Shown here in pieces: positions 23,012 through 31,558 of a stretch of DNA of 32,000 nucleotides. Numbering within the stretch: position 1 is the first letter of the stretch; every line of letters begins with the position of its first letter. Origin of the DNA: Candidatus Methylomirabilis oxygeniifera (GTDB lineage Bacteria; Methylomirabilota; Methylomirabilia; Methylomirabilales; Methylomirabilaceae); assembly GCA_000091165.1 (NCBI GenBank), contig FP565575.1:120001-152000 (forward strand). Direction: 5' to 3'. Both the position numbers and the translations under genes were made by a program. The notes beneath the pieces were generated by a model, which did no database searches, was not told the origin of the DNA, and saw only the letters and a list, made by a program, of their open reading frames with translations.

Positions 23012-23656
23012 TTACCCGGCGGCTGCTTGTATGCGAACGACGCGCGCGTCGGCCTCGAGGATATCTTCAACGCGTGCGTTCCAGAGGGAGCGGAAACGAG
23101 CGACCGAGGCGGGATCGCCATTGGAGAGCGCGGGGCCGATAGATGCCGGCAGGTCTTTGGAGGTCGGCACCACGTTCGGCTCGTAGGTGACATGGACGGT
23201 ACGCCCGGTGTCGAGGCGCTCAAAGTCGAACTCGCTGTGACGCAGATCATCGGTTCGAAAGACGAACAGATCGCGCCGGCGAAAGCGTCCGGCGCCCAGT
23301 CCTCCAAAACCGGTTTCAGGCGCGGCGCCGATAGCGACGTTGACCAGTTGTGAGATCGGCCCATATCCGAAATCGGTCGGGCCGCCGTATGCCGTCACCC
23401 GGACGTTGCCGCGAACAGCCGGCTCATCGCCGTACAACGCTTTCAGTCCGTGTCGCAGGACAAGGTATGCGCCGGCGACGGTCGGACACATATGACCCGC
23501 CGCTTTCACTAGCTCGTCAAAGCTGACCGCAATCGGCTCCCCTGGAGCGACCAGTCCCAGAAATTCGAGAAAAGGGTCGCGAACCACAATCGGTTCGGGA
23601 TGTACTCGCAACGAGAGCCCAAGTTGTTCACGTGGTGTCGCCTTCTCCGTGCTCAT
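23012..23656 (-). CDS. FmdE-like domain protein (hypothetical)
   Basis: 214 aa. 'AAGHMCPTVAGAYLVLRHGLKAL' resembles the FmdE-family 'HGH.CPG.A.G.R....AL' motif. The gene starts 19 nt downstream of the NnrS-fusion stop. Confidence 0.5.
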   Translation of the reverse strand: MSTEKATPREQLGLSLRVHPEPIVVRDPFLEFLGLVAPGEPIAVSFDELVKAAGHMCPTVAGAYLVLRHGLKALYGDEPAVRGNVRVTAYGGPTDFGYGPISQLVNVAIGAAPETGFGGLGAGRFRRRDLFVFRTDDLRHSEFDFERLDTGRTVHVTYEPNVVPTSKDLPASIGPALSNGDPASVARFRSLWNARVEDILEADARVVRIQAAAG

Positions 23657-23674
23657 AGCGGTTGTATCCTCCTT

Positions 23675-25483
23675 TTACGCTTGACGCGATATTGCCGCCA
23701 GCTTGCCCAGCTCGGCCAGCAACGGTTCAAGTTCGATACTGTGAATTCGGCACGCCTGTCGTAACGTGACGGTGGGGGCCATCGCCTCGCGCATGGCCGG
23801 GTTCTGGAGCGGACGCAAGCCGCGACTCACGAGGAGTTCGAGGGCGCCAGGGATGGTCAGCAGATCGGCGACGAGGTTATCCGCCAGTGGATCCGCCTCT
23901 GATGAGGCGGGTACTACGGTCAGCGGTCGCGCGCGTACGGTCATGAATACGTTGCCGGCAAAGGCAGCAAAGGCTCCGACGCCCAACAGACCGGAAATGG
24001 AGATATACGGCCACACGTCGGCCAGACCGGCCACCTCAACCAGCAGTTCGAGGCCGCGTGTGGCGATCGTCGCGTTGAGCAGGTAGAAGGTCGCGTCGCG
24101 CCATCCCGTGCTCCACAACGGCGTCCCGGCAAATACCGGGATGAGGCGCGCGGCAACGCCGACGATAATCTGCGTGAGAAAGCCGAGGGTGAACGCATGG
24201 CGACCGAAGTCCAGGACCAGCGTCGGCATGGGGTCACCTGTCATCGCCGACGCTGCGCTCCAGATAGGCGTGAACACCAGCGCGCCAAGCAACCATACAT
24301 AGGCGGCGACCAAAAACTTTTCGTAGCCACGATCGCCTACTTGGGTCTGATTCTCCCGCGACCCCAGGATGCCAAGTCGCCATACAAACCCGCCTACCAT
24401 CAATGACAGCGCTACCCCGGTCAGTGCGCGCGCGCCTGGAAGCACTATCCATGTGTCGATGACGGCGACGGCCACCCATGCCGATACAGCCAGTTGATAG
24501 CCGCCAAACAGGGCACTGCTCGTCTGTTGAGATAACGGCGGCAGGCCCAGGAAGACCGGCACGATGCGTAAACTCATGCCGAGAATCCACGAGCCCGCGA
24601 AGCCCCACAGCGCCGCTTCCCACACGACCGGTTGGAGCGAATCGGCGCCGGCAGTCGCCGCGACGGCCAGAGCGGCCGCAACTGTCAGCCATGCACAGCC
24701 TGCGCGAAGATAGCGCTCGAAGCCCTCCGGCGTGGGCGGGCCGGCAGCCAGGCTGCAATGGATGACCCATCCGAAACTTGCCGCCGCCGCAAGCAGCGCA
24801 AGGACGCCTATACACTGTGCCGGCCCAACGACCGGCGGTCCGACGAGCAGGCCGACGGCGACGGCCAGTACGCCGCCTGTTTGCAGCCAGAACGATGCCG
24901 AGGCCACGCCCGGTGCGGCAAGCGGCGCCCCTTTGAAGCGGGGGATCACGTGGTAGGCGACACCCATAATGAAGAGGGCGGCGAAGCCGAAGACCTGCGT
25001 GTACCCATGCGCCAGTTTGGCGACGTCCGTCGACAGTCCGCCAAGGAAATTCCAGGGAAGTGTGAGCGTGGCAAGGGTCAGCGCGCCGAGCGTACTGCCG
25101 AAGGTAAGCGCAAAGAGCAAGCTGGCGGCAAAGAACCGGACGTAGGGTGTCGGTCGGGGAGCGGCGGGCACGACGACCGCCGGCGACGCCGCCGGCGCGG
25201 GCGACGCCGCTACCTCGCAGGCGGGTGAGGCGCAAGGGCGGACAGGCTCTGTCGCAACGACGGCGGACCGTTCACGCGGCGCGCCCGCTCGGTTCAAAGC
25301 CGTCAGCAACTCGCCGAGATCGATACCGCGAACATGTGCGGCCTCAGCGAGCGTTGCGCTGCCGCCGCAGCAGGTGTCGATCCCGTGCGCATTTAAAACC
25401 CGACTGAGGGCCGGATCGGCGTGCACGACATCATCAACCGTTGTTATGCTCGTAAACTGATGTGCGGCCATTGAGCGGCTCAT
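23675..25483 (-). CDS. nnrS: NnrS-like polytopic membrane protein fused to an N-terminal ScdA_N (RIC-type) domain and a C-terminal DUF1858-like domain
   Basis: The N-terminus 'VDDVVHADPALSRVLNAHGIDTCCGGSATLAEAAHVRGIDLGELLTALN' parallels the YtfE/ScdA N-terminal domain (D.CCGG..TL..AA). After an Ala/Pro linker there are about 12 TM helices with 'AHGYTQVFGFAALFIMGVAYHVIPRF' (NnrS-like H....FGF). The C-terminus is 'LLTIPGALELLVSRGL...TLRQACRIHSIELEPLLAEL'. Confidence 0.7.
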   Translation of the reverse strand: MSRSMAAHQFTSITTVDDVVHADPALSRVLNAHGIDTCCGGSATLAEAAHVRGIDLGELLTALNRAGAPRERSAVVATEPVRPCASPACEVAASPAPAASPAVVVPAAPRPTPYVRFFAASLLFALTFGSTLGALTLATLTLPWNFLGGLSTDVAKLAHGYTQVFGFAALFIMGVAYHVIPRFKGAPLAAPGVASASFWLQTGGVLAVAVGLLVGPPVVGPAQCIGVLALLAAAASFGWVIHCSLAAGPPTPEGFERYLRAGCAWLTVAAALAVAATAGADSLQPVVWEAALWGFAGSWILGMSLRIVPVFLGLPPLSQQTSSALFGGYQLAVSAWVAVAVIDTWIVLPGARALTGVALSLMVGGFVWRLGILGSRENQTQVGDRGYEKFLVAAYVWLLGALVFTPIWSAASAMTGDPMPTLVLDFGRHAFTLGFLTQIIVGVAARLIPVFAGTPLWSTGWRDATFYLLNATIATRGLELLVEVAGLADVWPYISISGLLGVGAFAAFAGNVFMTVRARPLTVVPASSEADPLADNLVADLLTIPGALELLVSRGLRPLQNPAMREAMAPTVTLRQACRIHSIELEPLLAELGKLAAISRQA

Positions 25484-25558
25484 CGTGCAGAATCTGTCCA
25501 GTCAGATCAGGACGTTGGGGCGCAAAGAGGCAACACGCTTCTATCCTACCTATCAAAA

Positions 25559-25587
25559 AATATAGCTGAAGCGGCAAGGGAGGTCAA
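25559..25587 (-). promoter_or_regulatory. sigma-70-type promoter candidate upstream of the NnrS-fusion gene
   Basis: On the minus strand: TTGACC (25587-25582), 17-nt spacer, TATATT (25564-25559). It lies in the 122-nt gap after the cytochrome gene. Confidence 0.4.
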
Positions 25588-25605
25588 CGGCAAACGTAGA
25601 GATGA

Positions 25606-26070
25606 TCAGCGCGCTTCGTCGAGCCGGTATACCGCATGGCAGGCCACGCAGTTGCCGGTCAGCGTTGCAAGCCCACGGAGGATGTCGGCTTGGCTGCCGC
25701 CTGCCTGAATCTGGTCGGCCAGCATATCGAACCCCCGATGGGTGTGCATTGCCAACTCCAGGAACTGCCGAGGAAGCCGTGTCTTGATATGCGGATTGAC
25801 GTCGGCGGCTTTCCCGATGCCCGACGCGCGGGCTGCCTTTTCCGCCGCAGGGAGATCGCCGGTCGCTACGCCCTGGATGATCCCGCTTACAGACGCGAGC
25901 ATGACGCGCATCTCCGTCAGCATCATATCTCGCTGCGCATGGGCAAGGACCACGCGTTGCCGCGTATCGACCGACGATTCGTGGGGTTCAACGGCAGCCG
26001 AGTAACCGAGGCACCCAAGGACGATGGCCCCCACTACACCCGCACAGATTCCGAGCCGCGTTAGTCTCAT
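25606..26070 (-). CDS. cytochrome c'-like (class II, four-helix-bundle) cytochrome
   Basis: About 154 aa from ATG 26070 (GAGGAG RBS). It has a signal peptide, predicted helical content and a single CxxCH ('CVACHAVYR') only about 10 residues from the C-terminus, the hallmark of class II c-type cytochromes. Confidence 0.7.
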   Translation of the reverse strand: MRLTRLGICAGVVGAIVLGCLGYSAAVEPHESSVDTRQRVVLAHAQRDMMLTEMRVMLASVSGIIQGVATGDLPAAEKAARASGIGKAADVNPHIKTRLPRQFLELAMHTHRGFDMLADQIQAGGSQADILRGLATLTGNCVACHAVYRLDEAR

Positions 26071-26133
26071 TCTTCTCCTCGTCTCCTTTCTCTGGAAAAT
26101 AGCATTCAGCACTCAGCGCTCCTCAACCCACTG

Positions 26134-27594
26134 CTATTCAGGATGTTTTTCGGATCGAAGATGAGCCATGGACATTGTCCAGCGACTTTCTGAGACGTGT
26201 TGAATTGGCGCATTTGCCGTTTGCCACAGATTGACCGCCAGACACGCGACGGCCCCCCACCCGAGTATCCCTGAGATCGCAAAGATCGTTTGAACAAGCA
26301 GATCGACTGCCGGCAGTCGATCGGATAACCAACCTGGTGAAAGTAACGGGACAACACGACAGACCGCCGCCGCACTGCCTAGCCAAAAGGTGGCATCGAC
26401 TAATGTGGCACTGGCTACTCGTTTTCTCCGTATGAAGCCGGGCAGCATCCGAACCGACGCGCCGAAAATGAGGTGGGTGATAAAGCCAAGGAGATACATA
26501 TGGCGGATGGCGTCCGCTGCGATCGGAATCGAATAGCCGAGCAGGACGGTCGCGCCGCCAAGGAGTTCCATGAACGCGCCAAGAACAAGCCACGTATAGG
26601 CGGCGTAGACCGGGCGTTCGAATCGGCCAAACTCGCCATAATCCGGTAAGCCCGGTCGCGTGGGCGGGCGGTCCGGCCCGGTGTCAAGAAAGCGCGCATG
26701 ACGCCCTAAGGGTCGGCGGCGGGTCAGCAGATCAAGTTGCCACACGAACCAGAGGATGATACCCCCCTTCAGCAGCGTTCCCAGCGCGATGATCAATCTG
26801 ATAACGCCAGGCGCGAACCCCGCCATGGGAGGCGCCGCGGGGACCAGTTGCAGCACGACGGACAGCAGATACGCACATCCGATCCTGTACACCGGCCAAT
26901 CAGGAGCCGGTAGAGCCAGATACAGCGGAAAGAGGCGAACCGATAGCGCAAAGGCGACAGGCAACAGGACAAGACTGATGAAGGCGTGAACAGCAAATTC
27001 ATTCCAACCGGAATTTACGGCGACATTGCCGGTCAGTGCCATATGAAGCAGCAAGAACAGGTTGAGACACGCGTAGAGGATCCAGCCGGCCGCCATCATG
27101 CCAAAAAACGGCTTGACCGCACCGATCGCCGGAAGCTTTCTGGCTTGATTACTGCCGCGCATGGTCCCAATCAGGAGCGACACGTACAGGACGATTGCCC
27201 CTGCTTCCAGCAGTCCGGAGGCGCCTACCAGCCAACTGAGAGGAACAAACAGCGGGCTCTCTTCAAAGGACGCCAGAACCGTACCGCCCACCGCCCGAAA
27301 CAGCAGCCCCGGCACCATCAGCCAAAGAATGTAGTTCATTCGTTCCGGATGAGGCAGGGGGAAGCTGGCCAGTCGTGGAATGAAATGCAGGCTGATGCCC
27401 ATAATGAATACGCCTGCCCAGCCGACGAGTTGCAGATGTCCGTGCGTTTGGATCAGCGCGTAGAAACCCTGCCCTGCGGGAAGGCCGTAGGCGATGACGA
27501 CGGCGAGGTATGCGCCGAACGCAAAGCCTCCGGCAATCGCTGTGGTCAACGATGTCCAGATAAAGCCGGGGTGGAACTCGGCATAGCGCTTCAC
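26134..27594 (-). CDS. nnrS: NnrS-like polytopic membrane protein (paralogue)
   Basis: 486 aa, about 12 TM helices. 'THGHLQLVGWAGVFIMGISLHFIPRL' is clearly paralogous to the motif in 23675-25483. GTG start at 27594. Confidence 0.7.
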   Translation of the reverse strand: MKRYAEFHPGFIWTSLTTAIAGGFAFGAYLAVVIAYGLPAGQGFYALIQTHGHLQLVGWAGVFIMGISLHFIPRLASFPLPHPERMNYILWLMVPGLLFRAVGGTVLASFEESPLFVPLSWLVGASGLLEAGAIVLYVSLLIGTMRGSNQARKLPAIGAVKPFFGMMAAGWILYACLNLFLLLHMALTGNVAVNSGWNEFAVHAFISLVLLPVAFALSVRLFPLYLALPAPDWPVYRIGCAYLLSVVLQLVPAAPPMAGFAPGVIRLIIALGTLLKGGIILWFVWQLDLLTRRRPLGRHARFLDTGPDRPPTRPGLPDYGEFGRFERPVYAAYTWLVLGAFMELLGGATVLLGYSIPIAADAIRHMYLLGFITHLIFGASVRMLPGFIRRKRVASATLVDATFWLGSAAAVCRVVPLLSPGWLSDRLPAVDLLVQTIFAISGILGWGAVACLAVNLWQTANAPIQHVSESRWTMSMAHLRSEKHPE

Positions 27595-27735
27595 TTTGAG
27601 GCTTACCTTACTGGTGGGTGGCGATCGAATAATGAGGAAAGGTAGGCTTATATCGTCGCATGAGGAAGCCTGGGGTGGTCGGCACAGACGGTCACCATAG
27701 CCCGCATAGTGCGACCACCCCGTTTACCATGATCC

Positions 27736-28335
27736 TTACAGTTTCTGTGCCTCGCTGGCCAGGTAGCTCGCGACACCGTCGGCGTCAGGCCGCATCCCCT
27801 TGGCCCCATGTGTCCAACCAGCAGGGCAGACCTCTCCATGCGTCTCAGTAAACTGGAGCGCATCCACCATGCGAAGCATCTCATCCACATTACGTCCGAG
27901 TGGCAGGTTGTTGACGACCTGGTGTTGCACGATGCCGCATTTGTCGATCAGGAAGGAGCCGCGCAGGGTCACTCCGCCAGGCAGCAGGACGTCGTATTCT
28001 CTGGCGATCGCCTTTGTCAGGTCGGCCACCAGTGGATAGCCTACCGGGCCGATGCCGCCCTTGTTGACAGCGGTGCCGCGCCATGCGCAATGGGTGAAAT
28101 GCGAATCGACGGAGCACCCGATCACCTGGACGCCGCGCTTCTCGAACTCGGCGACACGATGATCAAAGGCGATAATCTCTGAAGGACAGACGAAGGTAAA
28201 ATCGAGGGGATAGAAGAAGAGCACAACATACTTACCCCAGTAGTCGGATAACTTGAAATTGTTGTTAAAGCTGCCGTCCGCCATCACGGCGGTTGCAGTA
28301 AAATCAGGTGCGGACTTGCCTACGAGTACGCTCAT
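27736..28335 (-). CDS. typical 2-Cys peroxiredoxin (AhpC/Tsa family)
   Basis: 199 aa from ATG 28335 (GGAGGAG RBS). The peroxidatic Cys lies in 'FYPLDFTFVCPSE' and the resolving Cys in 'HGEVCPAGW'. The long Arg/Ala-rich N-terminal extension in the track ORF overlaps the upstream gene and is discarded. Confidence 0.92.
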   Translation of the reverse strand: MSVLVGKSAPDFTATAVMADGSFNNNFKLSDYWGKYVVLFFYPLDFTFVCPSEIIAFDHRVAEFEKRGVQVIGCSVDSHFTHCAWRGTAVNKGGIGPVGYPLVADLTKAIAREYDVLLPGGVTLRGSFLIDKCGIVQHQVVNNLPLGRNVDEMLRMVDALQFTETHGEVCPAGWTHGAKGMRPDADGVASYLASEAQKL

Positions 28336-28385
28336 TGCTCCTCCATGTGTGTGGGTTGTGATTTCGCGGATTGAACTACCGGCTT

Positions 28386-28706
28386 CTACTTGTGCTGTCG
28401 GTCGTGCTTCTGACGGGCGATCCGGCGGCTCTGCCTGTCTTGCGTGCGCTCGATTCTGGCGCGCTCCCGCTTCGTCACCGTCCCGTCGGCGAGCGCCCGG
28501 TCTTCCATCTGCTGCACGTGCGCCTGGCCCTTCTCGAGCCGCGCGGCCTCCCGCTCGTTCAACTGGCCGGACGCTACCCCCTGATCGATCCGGCGTTCCT
28601 GATTCTCCTGCCGCTGGTCGATGCGTGGCGTGCTTTGCGCCTGCGTCAGCGCTGGCCACGTGATCGCAGCCAGCGCCACAACCGCTAGAAACTTCACCGC
28701 CTTCAT
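28386..28706 (-). CDS. small secreted charged helical protein (hypothetical)
   Basis: Signal peptide 'AVVALAAITWPALTQA/QS', then a Gln/Arg/Glu-rich sequence with internal repeats ('RIDQRQENQERRIDQGVASGQLNEREAARLEKGQ' / 'DGTVTKRERARIERTQDRQSRRIARQKHDRQ'). This resembles a recurring small periplasmic protein family of unknown function. Confidence 0.6.
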   Translation of the reverse strand: MKAVKFLAVVALAAITWPALTQAQSTPRIDQRQENQERRIDQGVASGQLNEREAARLEKGQAHVQQMEDRALADGTVTKRERARIERTQDRQSRRIARQKHDRQHK

Positions 28707-28953
28707 CGGTTCCTCCCTTTTTCTCAGTTCACGTGAGTGTCTCGTACCGGATTCGACGCCACACTCCTGTCACGGTCAGTCGTATCAAGGAGGCGCATCT
28801 CGGCCTGTATAGTGAGGGAACGTACCAGAAGCGGTAGGAGAGGTCAAGGGAAACATGGGACGTAAGGGCGTGCTGCGGTGTGCTCTTCATTGATCAGACT
28901 GGAGGGGGAATCTTCGTGATGTCTCGGTTGTTGCGAGAGCCTCAATGATTATA

Positions 28954-28992
28954 CCGTAGCGGGTTGGGGTAGTATGCCCCAACCCGCTACGG
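28954..28992 (-). terminator. perfect 16-bp hairpin 3' of the GlcG-like gene
   Basis: ccgtagcgggttgggg (28954-28969) / ccccaacccgctacgg (28977-28992) with a 7-nt loop, 10 nt after the stop at 29002. There is no clean U-run on either strand, so function as an intrinsic terminator is uncertain. Confidence 0.45.
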
Positions 28993-29001
28993 CGTTGTCG
29001 A

Positions 29002-29811
29002 TCAGTTGCCCTCGATGGAGTTGCCATCATTGGAATCGGTGGGATTGTTGAGGCAGGTAGGGTGATTGAAGGCGCCGGGGAATGCGCCGGCTGCCTCCCC
29101 CTGAATGAGGGCATCGTTACTCGCGGAGGAGACCCCTCCGGGAAGATTTGCGACATGAAAAGCTCCGCCCGCCACCGCCTCGCGGACCTTCCAGGCCACG
29201 ACATGGTCGGTGCAGGAGGTATCGCCGGAGACGCCGATCGCGCCGACCTTTACGTGGCTGCTGTTGTATAGGGCGAGACCGCCACCGAATACGTTGATGC
29301 CGCCGACCCGCTCCTTTTCGAGCGGATCCTTGGTGGTGCCGAACTTGCCGGAGTCTCCATCATAGGCGGCTGTCGGATCGACCGGATTGCTGTGTTGGAG
29401 CCCGTACAGGCTCCCGCCCGGTTGCACTGCCTTGTGCAGATTAGCGGTAGACAAGGCGAGCAGGCCGGTACTGAAGGCGTTCGCCGTATTGGCCTTCTGG
29501 GCCGAGATGACGCGACTGCCCAGCCAGATATCGCGCACGGCGCTCTGGGAACCGGTTAACGAGTTAACGACCTCACATACCTTTCCGCTGTCATCCACCA
29601 GAGTAAGCCACATAGGGAAGTCGAGACCGCCGCTAGGGGCTCCATCAGCGTTCCCATTACCTGACGGAACAACAGCCCGCAAGGTGGTCTGCAGTGTGTC
29701 ATGAGTCAGCCCTTGGCTGGCCAATTGCGAGCAGGTATCCGCCATTGCCGGTACCGCCGCTACCATCATCCCGCCCAATACCATTGCCCCGACAAATCGA
29801 TTCCGTTTCAT
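29002..29811 (-). CDS. secreted GlcG/HbpS-like (DUF336, heme-binding/degrading-like) protein
   Basis: 269 aa from ATG 29811 (GAGGAGGG RBS). It has the signal peptide 'GAMVLGGMMVAAVPAMA/DT', plus 'VISAQKANTANAFS' and 'GGGLALYNSSHVKVGAIGVSGDTSCTDHVVAWK', the GlcG-family core. It also has N- and C-terminal extensions. Confidence 0.65.
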   Translation of the reverse strand: MKRNRFVGAMVLGGMMVAAVPAMADTCSQLASQGLTHDTLQTTLRAVVPSGNGNADGAPSGGLDFPMWLTLVDDSGKVCEVVNSLTGSQSAVRDIWLGSRVISAQKANTANAFSTGLLALSTANLHKAVQPGGSLYGLQHSNPVDPTAAYDGDSGKFGTTKDPLEKERVGGINVFGGGLALYNSSHVKVGAIGVSGDTSCTDHVVAWKVREAVAGGAFHVANLPGGVSSASNDALIQGEAAGAFPGAFNHPTCLNNPTDSNDGNSIEGN

Positions 29812-30449
29812 TCCGTTCGGCCCTCCTCGTGAGTGTAAGTAGTTGACTGTTCGGCTATCCGGAAATAGTTCGCCTCGTCGCGCGTGAATCGATGGAGTTG
29901 TTTCGGAGAGATCGTGCGCCATACCTATCAGTACGGCATCTCTGCGCAAAGTTGAGTGACCCCGCTACGAATGTGTCCCTTTCACCTGCGGACCGGCGAT
30001 CCCTAGTAAGGGCGCAGGATCGGGGGTCCTCGGCCGGTCCCCAACAATGTGGCTCTTCCGGGTTTCGGGTACGTAAGGATCGCATTCTCCTGAAAAATGA
30101 AGTTATTGAGCGTGGTCAGACATAACTCCATGGGGTACGTACCGTCAATACGCCTTTTGGCGTATACGATCCACTTTTCCTGATAATTCTAATGTCTGAC
30201 TCGCCGTTCTCACGAAGAGCCATAGATTACGATGAGAACATTGTACTAATAATACACAGGCTTATAGCGATGGAATATAGCAGTAGACGGAAGAATAAGT
30301 CACTACCAATCACTGATCCGGCCGCTTGCCGGCCTGCCTTCGTGATGGACATCTCTCTTGATCTATGATAGGAAATCGTTGTAGCGGGTCCCTACAGAAG
30401 GGCCTCCGTTAACGCATAACACAATACAATAACCGAAGGGAGAGCGAGG

Positions 30450-31427
30450 ATGATGCCGAAAACAAGTCATCGAAGCTGCCGATGCCTCGTAATCGCGCTT
30501 CTGTGGTGGTTCGCTCATGTTTCGTCGGCCGCTGCGGCCGGACCGATGGCCTATGTGGCGAATGAAAAATCCGATGATGTGTCGGTCATCGACACTTCAA
30601 CGAATACAGTGATCCGCACGATCGCGGTGGGTAAGCGGCCGAGAGGCGTGGCGATCTCGCCGGACCGACGTCACGTGTACATTGCCAACGGCAATTCCGA
30701 TGACATTAGTATCATCGATGCCGAGGTTGGGAAGGTCGTGGAAACATGGCCTGCAGGGGTCGACCCCGAGGGGGTGGCGCTGAGTCCTGACGGGACCCGT
30801 CTGTACGCAGTGAACGAGAATGGCGGAACGGTCACGGTGATCAACACCAAGACCGGCACAGTGATTGCCACCATCGAGGTCCAGGTAGAGCCGGAGTCGA
30901 TTGCCGTCAGTCCCGATGGACAGGTTGCCTACGTCTCCAACGAAACATCGAATACGATTTCGGTTATCGATACGGCGACCCTCAAGGTACTAACGGCTAT
31001 CCCGGTTGCGAAGAACCCGCGTGGGATCGCCTTCAGCCCTGACGGCAAGTATGCCTACGTGACCAGCGAGCAGGTCGAGCCCGGCGTGCTGTCGGTGATC
31101 GAGGTGGCTCGCCATAAGGTGATCAAGAGCATCCCGGTCGGCGAACGGCCGGTTGGAGTGGTGGTGTCACGGGACGGTCGCACCCTTTATGTGGCGCACG
31201 GCCGGAGTAATGCCGTCTATGTCGTCGATGCCCGCACCTTGACCGTCACCAAACAGATCCCGGTGGGCCAGCGGGCCTGGTACCTGGCCTTTACGCCGGA
31301 CGAGCAACGTCTCTATGTCGCCTGTGGTCGCAGCGACGCGGTGTCGGTGATTGATGTCGCAGCCGGGAAAGTCATCGCCACGGTTCCGGTCGGCAAGATA
31401 CCGTTTGGCGTCGCCATTCCACAGTAA
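30450..31427 (+). CDS. YVTN-family seven-bladed beta-propeller protein, exported
   Basis: Signal peptide, then seven repeats of about 42 aa of the form 'YV.N..S..VSVID..T..V...I.VG..P.G.A.SPDG'. A GGGAGAGCGAGG RBS region precedes the ATG. Confidence 0.85.
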   Translation: MMPKTSHRSCRCLVIALLWWFAHVSSAAAAGPMAYVANEKSDDVSVIDTSTNTVIRTIAVGKRPRGVAISPDRRHVYIANGNSDDISIIDAEVGKVVETWPAGVDPEGVALSPDGTRLYAVNENGGTVTVINTKTGTVIATIEVQVEPESIAVSPDGQVAYVSNETSNTISVIDTATLKVLTAIPVAKNPRGIAFSPDGKYAYVTSEQVEPGVLSVIEVARHKVIKSIPVGERPVGVVVSRDGRTLYVAHGRSNAVYVVDARTLTVTKQIPVGQRAWYLAFTPDEQRLYVACGRSDAVSVIDVAAGKVIATVPVGKIPFGVAIPQ

Positions 31428-31432
31428 TGACA

Positions 31433-31540
31433 GTAGGTAGATAGACCGAAGACTGACGACTGAAGGATCCTGATCCTCCGCCTTCAGCCTATCGACCTTT
31501 AGTCTTCAGTCTGCACTTGAACGCTGACCGCTGAACGCTT
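31433..31540. repeat. long nested palindromic element (CTGAAGG family), copy 2
   Basis: gtaggtagatagaccgaagactgacgactgaagg (31433-31466) faces ccttcagcctatcgacctttagtcttcagtctgc (31481-31514). It is followed by gaacgctgaccgctgaacgc and a T-run, directly after the YVTN gene stop. Confidence 0.7.
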
Positions 31541-31558
31541 TTTCTAAGGAGATCGTCC

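Noticed and set aside
24234-25235. 333-aa alternative-frame ORF within the NnrS-fusion gene, plus several plus-strand ORFs (24478-25407)
   Set aside because: The products are extremely Arg/Gly/Ala-rich, typical of off-frame reading of a GC-rich membrane-protein gene.
25484-25605. FNR/Dnr/NnrR-type box (TTGAT-N4-ATCAA) or NsrR site upstream of the NnrS-fusion gene
   Set aside because: Only one good half-site is present (ATCAA at 25553-25557, partner ATCCT). There is no NsrR-like 11-1-11 inverted repeat. The evidence is insufficient.
26986-27645. 219-aa plus-strand ORF opposite the second NnrS gene
   Set aside because: It is an antisense shadow ORF with a highly charged, low-complexity sequence.
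27674-27721. 10-bp inverted repeat ggggtggtcg/cgaccacccc after the peroxiredoxin gene as a terminator
   Set aside because: The loop is 28 nt and no U-run follows on the minus strand. It may still be structural, but it is not supportable as an intrinsic terminator.
28336-28659. N-terminal extension of the peroxiredoxin ORF (track 27736-28659). Similar extensions exist at 10063-10314, 14250-14450 and 29812-29949.
   Set aside because: The extensions are Arg/Ala-rich, overlap neighbouring real genes and lack an RBS. In every case an internal ATG with a strong Shine-Dalgarno sequence gives a family-typical N-terminus.
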